Source: Tubiluchus corallicola (taxonomy: Eukaryota; Animalia; Priapulida). From it: a stretch of DNA of 64,000 bases. A model generated the notes under the pieces. The model was not told the origin of the DNA. It made no database searches and was given only the letters and a program-made list of their open reading frames with translations. Below are positions 1 to 13,400 of this stretch, piece by piece (positions within the stretch are counted from its first letter, which is position 1; each line of letters starts with the position of its first letter). The DNA is taken from contig JAQGDQ010000265.1 in NCBI GenBank assembly GCA_030141605.1, forward strand, positions 1 through 64,000, given 5' to 3'. Position numbers and translations under genes: made by a program.

Positions 1-1102
1 TAAGAAAGAATAAGAAGTCATTGCCATCATTGAATATATTATCAAAATTAATAAGTTATACATATCCTTTATTTCAGCGTAAGAAGACGTCATGAGAATG
101 AAACTGAAAGTCAACACTCGGATGGGCAGGCAACTGATATACGGGTAGGATTGATGGAACCCTCCTTAAATAAAGGTACATAGATTTAAAACAAATGACG
201 TTTAGTTTATCAACAAATTTATTATAACAAACATTGTAACTTTTTCCTTGCAACAGCTTACTTCTTTTAATTGTGCTTCTTTTCCCTAGAGTTTTCTTGT
301 GAAAGTACTTTTTTATTTCAGATTTCAAAGTTTAGTTTATTAGGATGTTTTAAATTTCGTTAGTGCCGACGCAATTATGCATGCGACTATGCCATATATA
401 CGTTTCCCCTTAGTTTCACACTTAGTTAGTAAACAGCGAATCTTCAATTCATGCGCAACAAAATAGTCCATGTTGGGGTCTTGCTTCAAAGTAATAAACT
501 GCCTCCAGCTATTAATTTTTTTTTGCCAGGAAGATGTCATGCAATTAATAAGTTGGGACACAAAAGGTAGCCGAATGGTACGCAGACACGAGCAGGACTG
601 GTACTGGTCCTTATTTACAGGTAGGCCTAAACCGATTTAGGAAACAAATGAAGTTTTGTCACAGCCTGAACAAACCTCTCTGAACAAAAAATCATGAGCG
701 CAAGTAACAGCGTACTTATATTGGGATATATAGGCAAAAAAATTCCAACAATTCTGATCGGTGTTTAAATGCTACATTCTAAAACCTTTTCTTTTCCTCG
801 GGAATCATATTTTTATCATACGTCACGTATCGAATAAAGCCATCTTAAATAAATTCGTTCAGTAGCCGTCGGTTTCTATAAACCTATTTCACGATGAAAG
901 TTCTAGCTAAACTGAGGACAAAAGCAAAACAGGCTCTAGGCAAGTTAGTTAATACTATAACAGTATATGATTGATTAGCCACCGAAATCAACGTCGAATC
1001 CTGACAGCTTCGAGGTGGTTTCACCTGCCATATTCCCTTTCACATAATTTTTCTTGCTGAAGATGTACAAGTATATATCAACAACGAATGTATGTCACTT
1101 GA

Positions 1103-1262
1103 CTAGTGCACAAATCACCAATGCTACAATTCACCAATGGAGCACTTCACCAGTGCTACAGTTTACCAGTAGTTCAGTTCGCCAGTGGTACAGCTTGCCA
1201 ATGGTACATTTCGCCAGAGGTACGTTTGACCTATACACATTTCGCCAATGGTAAATTTCACT
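1103..1262. repeat. 16-bp minisatellite, ~10 degenerate copies (consensus ~CCARTGGTACAGTTCR)
   Basis: Successive 16-mers ccaatgctacaattca / ccaatggagcacttca / ccagtgctacagttta / ccagtagttcagttcg / ccagtggtacagcttg / ccaatggtacatttcg ...; explains the spurious ORF 1054-1254. Confidence 0.85.
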
Positions 1263-1472
1263 ACAAAACTTTCTATGCTGGATGAATGAAAGCAAGCGCG
1301 TGCATACTTAATCAAAACAAACATTAGGCATTATCTTTACAATGATTATTGATAAACTTTTAAACTTACATTATCGATAAAACTAAGAACTATTAAGAAC
1401 TAACAACTACACTAAACTCTAACTAAGCATTAGAAACAAAAAGCACAAAACCATTGTGTATTAGTGACTTTT

Positions 1473-4400
1473 GTCCTTTACTGTTTAGTTAATGCTTGAT
1501 ACGTTTTTACATGATTAATTTATATTTTTTGTGTAGGAAACTCCAAATGTAGCCATCTCGTCATGGTGTATTCTGCTGGTTAAATCATGGTTTGGTTCTT
1601 TATCTTTTTAGTTTTGTATGAAACGATGTCTTTGAGCGACAAATTTATCTTGTGTTGTAGTAACTCACTTGCAGCCATCACATCTGAGGATTTCTGTGAA
1701 ACTTTGGTGACAAAAACTAAAACATGGTAATTTCTGCATACAAATCTGTAGATTGAAAACATTCACCAAAAACTAAAGCCTGGAGTGGGTACTATTTTAG
1801 TACACTAGCAGCCCACCCGCTGGTGAGTTCTGGAATACATTCACAATAAGACAAAGCATGGTAAGTGCTGCATAAAAAGCTACAGAGTTGGTGAGTTCTG
1901 GGAAGCTCTGGTACTTTACTTTCTAGTCAATGTTTGATACATGTCTTCACGTCATTAATTTATATTTTTTCCAAATAGTAAACCCTAAATGCAGCAATCT
2001 CCTAATGGTGAGTTCTGGAATGGTTAAATCATGGCTTGGTTCTTTTTAGTTGGTATGAAATGATGTCTTTAAATGATTCATTTATCTTTCGTTATAGTAA
2101 CTCACTTGCAGCCATCACATCTGGTGAGTTATGGACTACATTCACAACAAGACAAAACATGGTAAGTGCTGCATAAAAAGCTACAGAGTTGGTGAGTTCT
2201 GGGATGAACTGGTCCCTTACTTCTCAGTCAATGTTTGATACGTTTTTACGTGATTAATTTGCATTTTTTCAGGTAGGAAACCCTAAATGTAGCCATCTCC
2301 TAATGGTGAGTTCTGGGATGGTTAAATCATGATTCGGTTCTTTCCTGTTTTTAGTTTGATATGAAATAATATCTTTGAAAGATCAATTTATGCTTTATTA
2401 TGGATTTAGAACTGACTTGCAGCCACCCCACCGGTTGAGTTCTGGCAAGTTTTGGCAATAAAAACCAAATCACGTTAATTAATGCATACAAAGCTGTAGA
2501 CTGAAAATATTCTGCTAAAAACTAAGAGACCTGTAGTGGCAAGCATCTTGACACACTTGGAGCCACCCATTTGGTAAGTTCTGGGATGGTTAAATCATGG
2601 TTTAGTTTTTTTTAGTTGGTATGAAATTATGTCTTTAAATGATTCATTTATCTTTCATTATAGTAACTCACTTGCAGCCATCACATCTGATGAGTTCTGG
2701 AATACATTCCCAACAAGACAAAAACATGGTAAGTGCTGCACAAAAAGCTACAGAGTTGGTGAGTTCTGGGATGAACTGGTCCCTTACTTCTCAGTTAATG
2801 TTTGATACGTATTTACGTGATTAATTTGCATTTTTTCAGGTAGGAAACCCTAAATGTAGCCATCTCCTAGTGGTGAGTTCTGGGATGGTTAAATCATGAT
2901 TTGGTTCTTTCCTGTTTTTAGTTTGATATGAAATAATGTCTTTGACAGATTAATTGATGTTTTATTATGGATTTGGAACTGACTTGCAGCCACCCCACCT
3001 GTTGAGTTCTGGCAAGTTTTGGTAATAAAAACCAAATCACACTAATTAATGTGTACAAAGCTGTAGACTGAAAATATTCTGCTAAAAACTAAGAGACATA
3101 TAGTGGCGAGTATTTCGACACACTTGGAGCCACACATTTGGTAAGTTCTGGGATGGTAAATCACGGTTTGGTTCTTTATCTTTTTAGTTTGGTATGAAAC
3201 GATGCCTTTGAGTGACTAATTTATCTTTTGTTGAAGTAACTCACTTGCAACCATCACAGCTGGGGATTTCTGTGAAACTTTGGTAACAAAACCCGAAACA
3301 TGGTAATTACTGCATACAAATTTGTAGATTGAAAACATTAAGCAAAAAACTAAAGCCTGGAGTGGGTACTATAACAGCCACCCGCTGGTGAGTTCTGGAA
3401 TACATTCACAATAAGACAAAGCATGGCAAGTGCTGCATAAAAAGCTACAGAGTTGGTGAGTTCTGGGATGAACTGGTACCTTACTTCTCAGTCAATGTTT
3501 GATACATTTCTTCACGTGATTAATTAATTTTTTTTCCAAATAGCAAACCATAAATGCAGCCATCTCCAAATGGTGAGTTCTGGGATGGTTAAATCATGAT
3601 TCGGTTCTTTCCTGTTTTTAGTTTGATATGAAATGATATCTTTGAAAGATAATTTATGTTTTATTATGGATTTAGAACTGATTTGCAGCCACCCCACCGG
3701 TTGAGTTCTGGCAAGTTTTGGTAATAAAAACCAAATCACGTTAATTAATGCATACAAAGCTGTAGACTGAAAATATTCTGCTAAAAACTAAGAGACCTGT
3801 AGTGGCAAGCATCTTGACACACTTGGAGCCACCCATTTGGTAAGTTCTGGGATGGCTAAATCATGGTTTAGTTTTTTTTTAGTTGGTATGAAATGATGTC
3901 TTTAAATGATTCATTTATCTTTCATTATAGTAACTCACTTGCAGCCATCACATCTGATGAGTTCTGGAATACATTCACAACAAGACAAAAACATGGTAAG
4001 TGCTGCACAAAAAGCTACAGAGTTGGTGAGTTCTGGGATGAACTGGTCCCTTACTTCTCAGTTAATGTTTGATACGTATTTACGTGATTAATTTGCATTT
4101 TTTCAGGTAGGAAACCCTAAATGTAGCCATCTCCTAATGGTGAGTTCTGGGATGGTTAAATAATGATTTGGTTCTTTCCTGTTTTTAGTTTGATATGAAA
4201 TAATGTCTTTGACAGATTAATTGATGTTTTATTATGGATTTGGAACTGACTTGCAGCCACCCCACCTGTTGAGTTCTGGCAAGTTTTGGCAATAAAAACC
4301 AAATCACGTTAATTAATGCATACAAAGCTGTAGACTGAAAATATTCTGGTAAAAATTAAGAGAACTGTAGTGGCGAGTATTTCGACACACTTGGAGCCAC

Positions 4401-7400
4401 ACATTTGGTAAGTTCTGAGATGGTAAATCATGGTTTGGTTCTTTATCTTTTTAGTTTTGTATGAAACGATGTCTTTGAGTGACTAATTTACCTTTTGTTG
4501 TAGTAACTCACTTGCAGCCATCACATCTGATGAGTTCTGGAATACATTCACAACAAGACAAAAACATGGTAAGTGCTGCACAAAAAGCTACAGAGTTGGT
4601 GAGTTCTGGGATGAACTGGTCCCTTACTTCTCAGTTAATGTTTGATACGTATTTACGTGATTAATTTGCATTTTTTCAGGTATAAAATCCTAACTGTAGC
4701 CATCTCCTAATGGTGAGTTCTGGGATGGTTAAATCATGATTAGGTTCTTTCCTGTTTTTAGTTTGATATGAAATGATATCTTTGAAAGATAATTTATGTT
4801 TTATTATGGATTTAGGACTGATTTGCAGCCACCCCACCTGTTGAGTTCTGGCAAGTTTTGGTAATAAAAACCAAATCACACTAATTAATGCGTACAAAGC
4901 TGTAGACTGAAAATATTCTGCTAAAAACTAAGAGACCTGTAGTGGAGAGTGTTTCGATACACTTGGAGCCACACATTTGGTAAGTTCTGAGATGGTAAAT
5001 CATGGTTTGGTTCTTCATCTTTTTAGTTTGGTATGAAATGATGTCTTTAAATGATTCATTTATCTTTCGTTATAGTAACTCACTTGCAGCAATCACATCT
5101 GATGAGTTCTGGAATACATTCACAACTAGACAAAACATGGTAAGTGCTGCATAAAAAGCTACAGAGTTGGTGAGTTCTGGGATGAACTGGTCCCTTACTT
5201 CTCAGTTAATGTTTGATACGTATTTACGTGATTAATTTGCATTTTTTCAGGTAGGAAATCCTAAATGTAGCCATTTCCTAATGGTGAGTTCTGGGTTGGT
5301 TAAATCATGATTCGGTTCTTTCCTGTTTTTAGTTTGATATGAAATGATATCTTTGAAAGATAATTTATGTTTTATTATGGATTTAGAACTGATTTGCAGC
5401 CACCCCACCTGTTGAGTTCTGGCAAGTTTTGGTAATAAAAACCAAATCACACTAATTAATGTGTACAAAGCTGTAGACTGAAAATATTCTGCCAAAACCT
5501 AAGAGAGCTGTAGTGGCGAGCATTTCGACACACTTGGAGCCACCCATTTGGTAAGTTCTGGGAGGTAAATCATGGTTTGGTTCTTTATCTTTTTAGTTCG
5601 ATATGAAACGATGTCTTTAAGTGATTAATTTATCTTTTGTTGTAGTAACTCACTTGCAGCCATCACATCTGGTGAGTTCTGGAATACATTCACAACAAGA
5701 CAAAAACATGGTAAGTGCTGCACAAAAAGCTACAGAGTTGGTGAGTTCTGGGATGAACTGGTCCCTTACTTCTCAGTTAATGTTTGATACGTATTTACGT
5801 GATTAATTTATTTTTTTTCCAAATAGCAAACCATAAATGCAGCCATCTCCAAATGGTGAGTTCTGGGATGGTTAAATCATGATTCGGTTCTTTCCTGTTT
5901 TTAGTTTGATATGAAATAATATCTTTGAAAGATCAATTTATGCTTTATTATGGATTTAGAACTGACTTGCAGCCACCCCACCGGTTGAGTTCTGGCAAGT
6001 TTTGGCAATAAAAACCAAATCACGTTAATTAATGCATACAAAGCTGTAGACTGAAAATATTCTGCTAAAAACTAAGAGACCTGTAGTGGCAAGCATCTTG
6101 ACACACTTGGAGCCACCCATTTGGTAAGTTCTGGGATGGTTAAATCATGGTTTAGTTTTTTTTAGTTGGTATGAAATGATGTCTTTAAATGATTCATTTA
6201 TCTTTCATTATAGTAACTCACTTGCAGCCATCACATCTGATGAGTTCTGGAATACATTCCCAACAAGACAAAAACATGGTAAGTGCTGCACAAAAAGCTA
6301 CAGAGTTGGTGAGTTCTGGGATGAACTGGTCCCTTACTTCTCAGTTAATGTTTGATACGTATTTACGTGATTAATTTGCATTTTTTCAGGTAGGAACCCT
6401 AAATGTAGCCATCTCCTAATGGTGAGTTCTGGGATGGTTAAATCATGATTTGGTTCTTTCCTGTTTTTAGTTTGATATGAAATAATGTCTTTGACAGATT
6501 AATTGATGTTTTATTATGGATTTGGAACTGACTTGCAGCCACCCCACCTGTTGAGTTCTGGCAAGTTTTGGTAATAAAAACCAAATCACACTAATTAATG
6601 TGTACAAAGCTGTAGACTGAAAATATTCTGCTAAAAACTAAGAGACATATAGTGGCGAGTATTTCGACACACTTGGAGCCACACATTTGGTAAGTTCTGG
6701 GATGGTAAATCATGGTTTGGTTCTTTATCTTTTTAGTTTTGTATGAAACGATGCCTTTGAGTGACTAATTTATCTTTTGTTGAAGTATCTCACTTGCAAC
6801 CATCACAGCTGGGGATTTCTGTGAAACTTTGGTAACAAAAACCGAAACATGGTAATTACTGCATACAAATCTGTAGATTGAAAACATTAAGCAAAAAACT
6901 AAAGCCTGAAGTGGGTACTATAACAGCCACCCGCTGGTGAGTTCTGGAATACATTCACAATAAGGCAAAGCATGGCAAGTGCTGCATAAAAAGCTACAGA
7001 GTTGGTGAGTTCTGGGATGAACTGGTACCTTACTTCTCAGTCAATGTTTGATACATTTCTTCACGTGATTAATTTATTTTTTTCCAAATAGCAAACCATA
7101 AATGCAGCCATCTCCAAATGGTGAGTTCTGGGATGGTTAAATCATGATTCGGTTCTTTCCTGTTTTTAGTTTGATATGAAATGATATCTTTGAAAGATAA
7201 TTTATGTTTTATTATGGATTTAGAACTGATTTGCAGCCACCCCACCGGTTGAGTTCTGGCAAGTTTTGGTAATAAAAACCAAATCACGTTAATTAATGCA
7301 TACAAAGCTGTAGACTGAAAATATTCTGCTAAAAACTAAGAGACCTGTAGTGGCAAGCATCTTGACACACTTGGAGCCACCCATTTGGTAAGTTCTGGGA

Positions 7401-10400
7401 TGGTTAAATCATGGTTTAGTTTTTTTTTAGTTGGTATGAAATGATGTCTTTAAATGATTCATTTATCTTTCATTATAGTAACTCACTTGCAGCCATCACA
7501 TCTGATGAGTTCTGGAATACATTCACAACAAGACAAAAACATGGTAAGTGCTGCACAAAAAGCTACAGAGTTGGTGAGTTCTGGGATGAACTGGTCCCTT
7601 ACTTCTCAGTTAATGTTTGATACGTATTTACGTGATTAATTTGCATTTTTTCAGGTAGGAAACCCTAAATGTAGCCATCTCCTAATGGTGAGTTCTGGGA
7701 TGGTTAAATCATGATTTGGTTCTTTCCTGTTTTTAGTTTGATATGAAATAATGTCTTTGACAGATTAATTGATGTTTTATTATGGATTTGGAACTGACTT
7801 GCAGCCACCCCACCTGTTGAGTTCTGGCAAGTTTTGGTAATAAAAACCAAATCACGTTAATTAATGCATACAAAGCTGTAGACTGAAAATATTCTGCTAA
7901 AAACTAAGAGACCTGTAGTGGCGAGCATTTTGACACACTTGGAGCCACCCATTTGGTAAGTTCTGGGATGGTAAATCATGGTTTGGTTCTTTATCTTTTT
8001 AGTTTTGTATGAAACAATGTCTTTGAGTGAGTAATTTATCTTTTGTTGTAGCAACTCACTTGCAGCCATCACATCTGAGGATTTCTGTGAAACTTTGGTA
8101 ACAAAAACCGAAACATGGTAATTACTGCATACAAATCTGTAGATTGAAAACATTAAGCAAAAAACTAAAGCCTGAAGTGGGTACTATAACAGCCACCCGC
8201 TGGTGAGTTCTGGAATACATTCACAATAAGACAAAGCATGGTAAGTGCTGCATAAAAAGCTACAGAGTTGGTGAGTTCTGGGATGAACTGGTACCTTACT
8301 TCTCAGTCAATGTTTGATACATTTCTTCACATGATTAATTTTTTTTTCCAAATAGCAAACCATAAATGCAGCCATCTCCAAATGGTGAGTTCTGGGATGG
8401 TTAAATCATGATTCGGTTCTTTCCTGTGTTTAGTTTGATATGAAATGATATCTTTGAAAGATAATTTATGTTTTATTATGGATTTAGAACTGATTTGCAG
8501 CCACCCCACCGGTTGAGTTCTGGCAAGTTTTGGTAATAAAAACCAAATCACGTTAATTAATGCATACAAAGCTGTAGACTGAAAATATTCTGCCAAAACC
8601 AAAGAGACCTGTAGTGGAGAGTATTTCGACACACTTGGAGCCACCCATTTGGTAACTTATAGATGGTAAATCATGGTTTGGTTCTTTATCTTTTTAGTTT
8701 GGTATGAAATGATGTCTTTAAATCATTCATTTATCTTTCGTTATAGTAACTCACTTGCAGCAATCACATCTGATGAGTTCTGGAATACATTCACAACAAG
8801 ACAAAAACATGGTAAGTGCTGCACAAAAAGCTACAGAGTTGGTGAGTTCTGGGATGAACTGGTCCCTTACTTCTCAGTTAATGTTTGATACGTATTTACG
8901 TGATTAATTTATTTTTTTTCCAAATAGCAAACCATAAATGCAGCCATCTCCAAATGGTGAGTTCTGGGATGGTTAAATCATGATTCGGTTCTTTCCTGTT
9001 TTTAGTTTGATATGAAATGATATCTTTGAAAGATCAATTTATGTTTTATTATGGATTTAGAACTGACTTGCAGCCACCCCACCTGTTGAGTTCTGGCAAG
9101 TTTTGGTAATAAAAACCAAATCACACTAATTAATGCGTACAAAGCTGTAGACTGAAAATATTCTGCTAAAAACTAAGAGACCTGTAGTGGAGAGTATTTC
9201 GACACACTTGGAGCCACCCATTTGGTAAGTTCTGGGATGGTAAATCATGGTTTGGTTCTTTATCTTTTTAGTTTTGTATGAAACGATGCCTTTGAGTGAC
9301 TAATTTATCTTTTGTTGTAGTAACTCACTTGCAGCCATCACATCTGGGGATTTCTGTGAAACTTTGGTAACAAAAACCGAAACATGGTAATTACTGCATA
9401 CAAATCTGTAGAATGAAAACATTAAGCAAAAAACTAAAGCCTGAAGTGCGTACTATAACAGCCACCCGCTGGTGAGTTCTGGAATACATTCACAATAAGA
9501 CAAAGCATGGTAAGTGCTGCATAAAAAGCTACAGAGTTGGTGAGTTCTGGGATGAACTGGTACCTTACTTCTCAGTCAATGTTTGATACATTTCTTCACG
9601 TGATTAATTTTTTTTTCCAAATAGCAAACCATAAATGCAGCCATCTCCAAATGGTGAGTTCTGGGATGGTTAAATCATGATTCGGTTCTTTCCTGTTTTT
9701 AGTTTGATATGAAATGATATCTTTGAAAGATAATTTATGTTTTATTATGGATTTAGAACTGATTTGCAGCCACCCCACCGGTTGAGTTCTGGCAAGTTTT
9801 GGTAATAAAAACCAAATCACGTTAATTAATGCATACAAAGCTGTAGACTGAAAATATTCTGCCAAAACCTAAAAGAGCTGTAGTGGCGAGCATTTCGACA
9901 CACTTGGAGGCACCCATTTGGTAAGTTCTGGGAGGTAAATCATGGTTTGGTTCTTTATCTTTTTAGTTTGGTATGAAATGATGTCTTTAAATCATTCATT
10001 TATCTTTCGTTATAGTAACTCACTTGCAGCAATCACATCTGATGAGTTCTGGAATACATTCACAACAAGACAAAACAAGGTAAGTGCTGCATAAAAAGCT
10101 ACAGAGTTGGTGAGCTCTGGGATGAACTGGTCCCTTACTTCTCATTTAATGTTTGATACGTATTTACGTGATTAATTTGCATTTTTTCAGGTAGGAAACC
10201 CTAAATGTAGCCATCTCCTAATGGTGAGTTCCGGGATGGTTAAATCATGATTCGGTTCTTTCCTGTTTTAGTTTGATATGAAATAATGTCTTTGACAGAT
10301 TAATTGATGTTTTATTATGGATTTGGATCTGACTTGCAGCCACTGCACCTGTTGAGTTCTGGCAAGTCTTGGTAATAAAAACCAAATCACGTTAATTAAT

Positions 10401-13400
10401 GCATACAAAGCTGTAGACTGAAAATATTCTGCTAAAAACTAAGAGACCTGTAGTGGCGAGTATTTCGACACACTTGGAGCCACACATTTGGTAAGTTCTG
10501 AGATGGTAAATCATGGTTTGGTTTTTCTTTTTCTTTATCTTTTTAGTTTTGTATGGAACGATGTCTTTGAGTGACTAATTTATCTTTTGTTGTAGTAACT
10601 CACTTGCAGCCATCACATCTGAGGATTTCTGTGAAACTTTGGTAACAAAAACCGAAACATGGTAATTACTGCATACAAATCTGTAGATTGAAAACATTCA
10701 GCAAAAAACTAAAGCCTGAAGTGGGTACTATAACAGCCACCCGCTGGTGAGTTCTGGAATACATTCACAATAAGACAAAGCATGGTAAGTGCTGCATAAA
10801 AAGCTACAGAGTTGGTGAGTTCTGGGATGAACTGGTACCTTACTTCTCAGTCAATGTTTGATACATTTCTTCACATGATTAATTTTTTTTTCCAAATAGC
10901 AAACCATAAATGCAGCCATCTCCAAATGGTAAGTTCTGGGATGGTTGAATCATGGTTTAGTTTTTTTTTAGTTGGTATGAAATGATGTCTTTAAATGATT
11001 CATTTATCTTTCATTATAGTAACTCACTTGCAACCATCACATCTGATGAGTTCTGGAATACATTCACAACAAGACAAAAACATGGTAAGTGCTGCACAAA
11101 AAGCTACAGAGTTGGTGAGTTCTGGGATGAACTGGTCCCTTACTTCTCAGTTAATGTTTGATACGTATTTACGTGATTAATTTGCATTTTTTCAGGTAGG
11201 AAACCCTAAATGTAGCCATCTCCTAATGGTGAGTTCTGGGATGGTTAAATCATGATTTGGTTCTTTCCTGTTTTTAGTTTGATATGAAATAATGTCTTTG
11301 ACAGATTAATTGATGTTTTATTATGGATTTGGAACTGACTTGCAGCCACCCCACCTGTTGAGTTCTGGCAAGTTTTGGTAATAAAAACCAAATCACACTA
11401 ATTAATGTGTACAAAGCTGTAGACTGAAAATATTCTGCTAAAAACTAAGAGACATATAGTGGCGAGTATTTCGACACACTTGGAGCCACACATTTGGTAA
11501 GTTCTGGGATGGTAAATCATGGTTTGGTTCTTTATCTTTTTAGTTTTGTATGAAACGATGCCTTTGAGTGACTAATTTATCTTTTGTTGTAGTAACTCAC
11601 TTGCAGCCATCACATCTGAGGATTTCTGTGAAACTTTGGTAACAAAAACCGAAACATGGTAATTACTGCATACAAATCTGTAGATTGAAAACATTAAGCA
11701 AAAAACTAAAGCCTGAAGTGGGTACTATAACAGCCACCCGCTGGTGAGTTCTGGAATACATTCACAATAAGACAAAGCATGGTAAGTGCTGCATAAAAAG
11801 CTACAGAGTTGGTGAGTTCTGGGATGAACTGGTACCTTACTTCTCAGTCAATGTTTGATACATTTCTTCACATGATTAATTTTTTTTTCCAAATAGCAAA
11901 CCATAAATGCAGCCATCTCCAAATGGTGAGTTCTGGGATGGTTAAATCATGATTCGGTTCTTTCCTGTGTTTAGTTTGATATGAAATGATATCTTTGAAA
12001 GATAATTTATGTTTTATTATGGATTTAGAACTGATTTGCAGCCACCCCACCGGTTGAGTTCTGGCAAGTTTTGGTAATAAAAACCAAATCACGTTAATTA
12101 ATGCATACAAAGCTGTAGACTGAAAATATTCTGCCAAAACCTAAGAGACCTGTAGTGGAGAGTATTTCGACACACTTGGAGCCACCCATTTGGTAACTTA
12201 TAGATGGTAAATCATGGTTTGGTTCTTTATCTTTTTAGTTTGGTATGAAATGATGTCTTTAAATGATTCATTTATCTTTCGTTATAGTAACTCACTTGCA
12301 GCAATCACATCTGATGAGTTCTGGAATACATTCACAACAAGACAAAACATGGTAAGTGCTGCATAAAAAGCTACAGAGTTGGTGAGCTCTGGGATGAACT
12401 GGTCCCTTACTTCTCATTTAATGTTTGATACGTATTTACGTGATTAATTTGCATTTTTTCAGGCAGGAAACCCTAAATGTAGCCATCTCCTAATGGTGAG
12501 TTCTGGGATGGTTAAATCATGATTCGGTTCTTTCCTCTTTTAGTTTGATATGAAATAATGTCTTTAAAAGATTAATTATGTTTTATTATGGATTTGGATC
12601 TGACTTGCAGCCACCCCACCTGTTGAGTTCTGGCAAGTTTTGGTAATAAAAACCAAATCACGTTAATTAATGCAAACAAAGCTGTAGACTGAAAATATTC
12701 TGCTAAAAACTAAGAGACCTGTAGTGGCGAGTATTTCGACACACTTGGAGCTACACACTTGGTAAGTTCTGAGATGGTAAATCATGGTTTGGTTCTTTAT
12801 CTTTTTAGTTTTGTATGAAACAATGTCTTTGAGTGAGTAATTTATCTTTTGTTGTAGCAACTCACTTGCAGCCATCACATCTGAGGATTTCTGTGAAACT
12901 TTGGTAACAAAAACCGAAACATGGTAATTACTGCATACAAATCTGTAGATTGAAAACATTCAGCAAAAAACTAAAGCCTGAAGTGGGTACTATAACAGCC
13001 ACCCGCTGGTGAGTTCTGGAATACATTCACAATAAGACAAAGCATGGTAAGTGCTGCATAAAAAGCTACAGAGTTGGTGAGTTCTGGGATGAACTGGTAC
13101 CTTACTTCTCAGTCAATGTTTGATACATTTCTTCACGTGATTAATTTATTTTTTTTCCAAATAGCAAACCATAAATGCAGCCATCTCCAAATGGTGAGTT
13201 CTGGGATGGTTAAATCATGATTCGGTTCTTTCCTGTTTTTAGTTTGATATGAAATGATATCTTTGAAAGATAATTTATGTTTTATTATGGATTTAGAACT
13301 GATTTGCAGCCACCCCACCTGTTGAGTTCTGGCAAGTTTTGGTAATAAAAACCAAATCACGTTAATTAATGCATACAAAGCTGTAGACTGAAAATATTCT

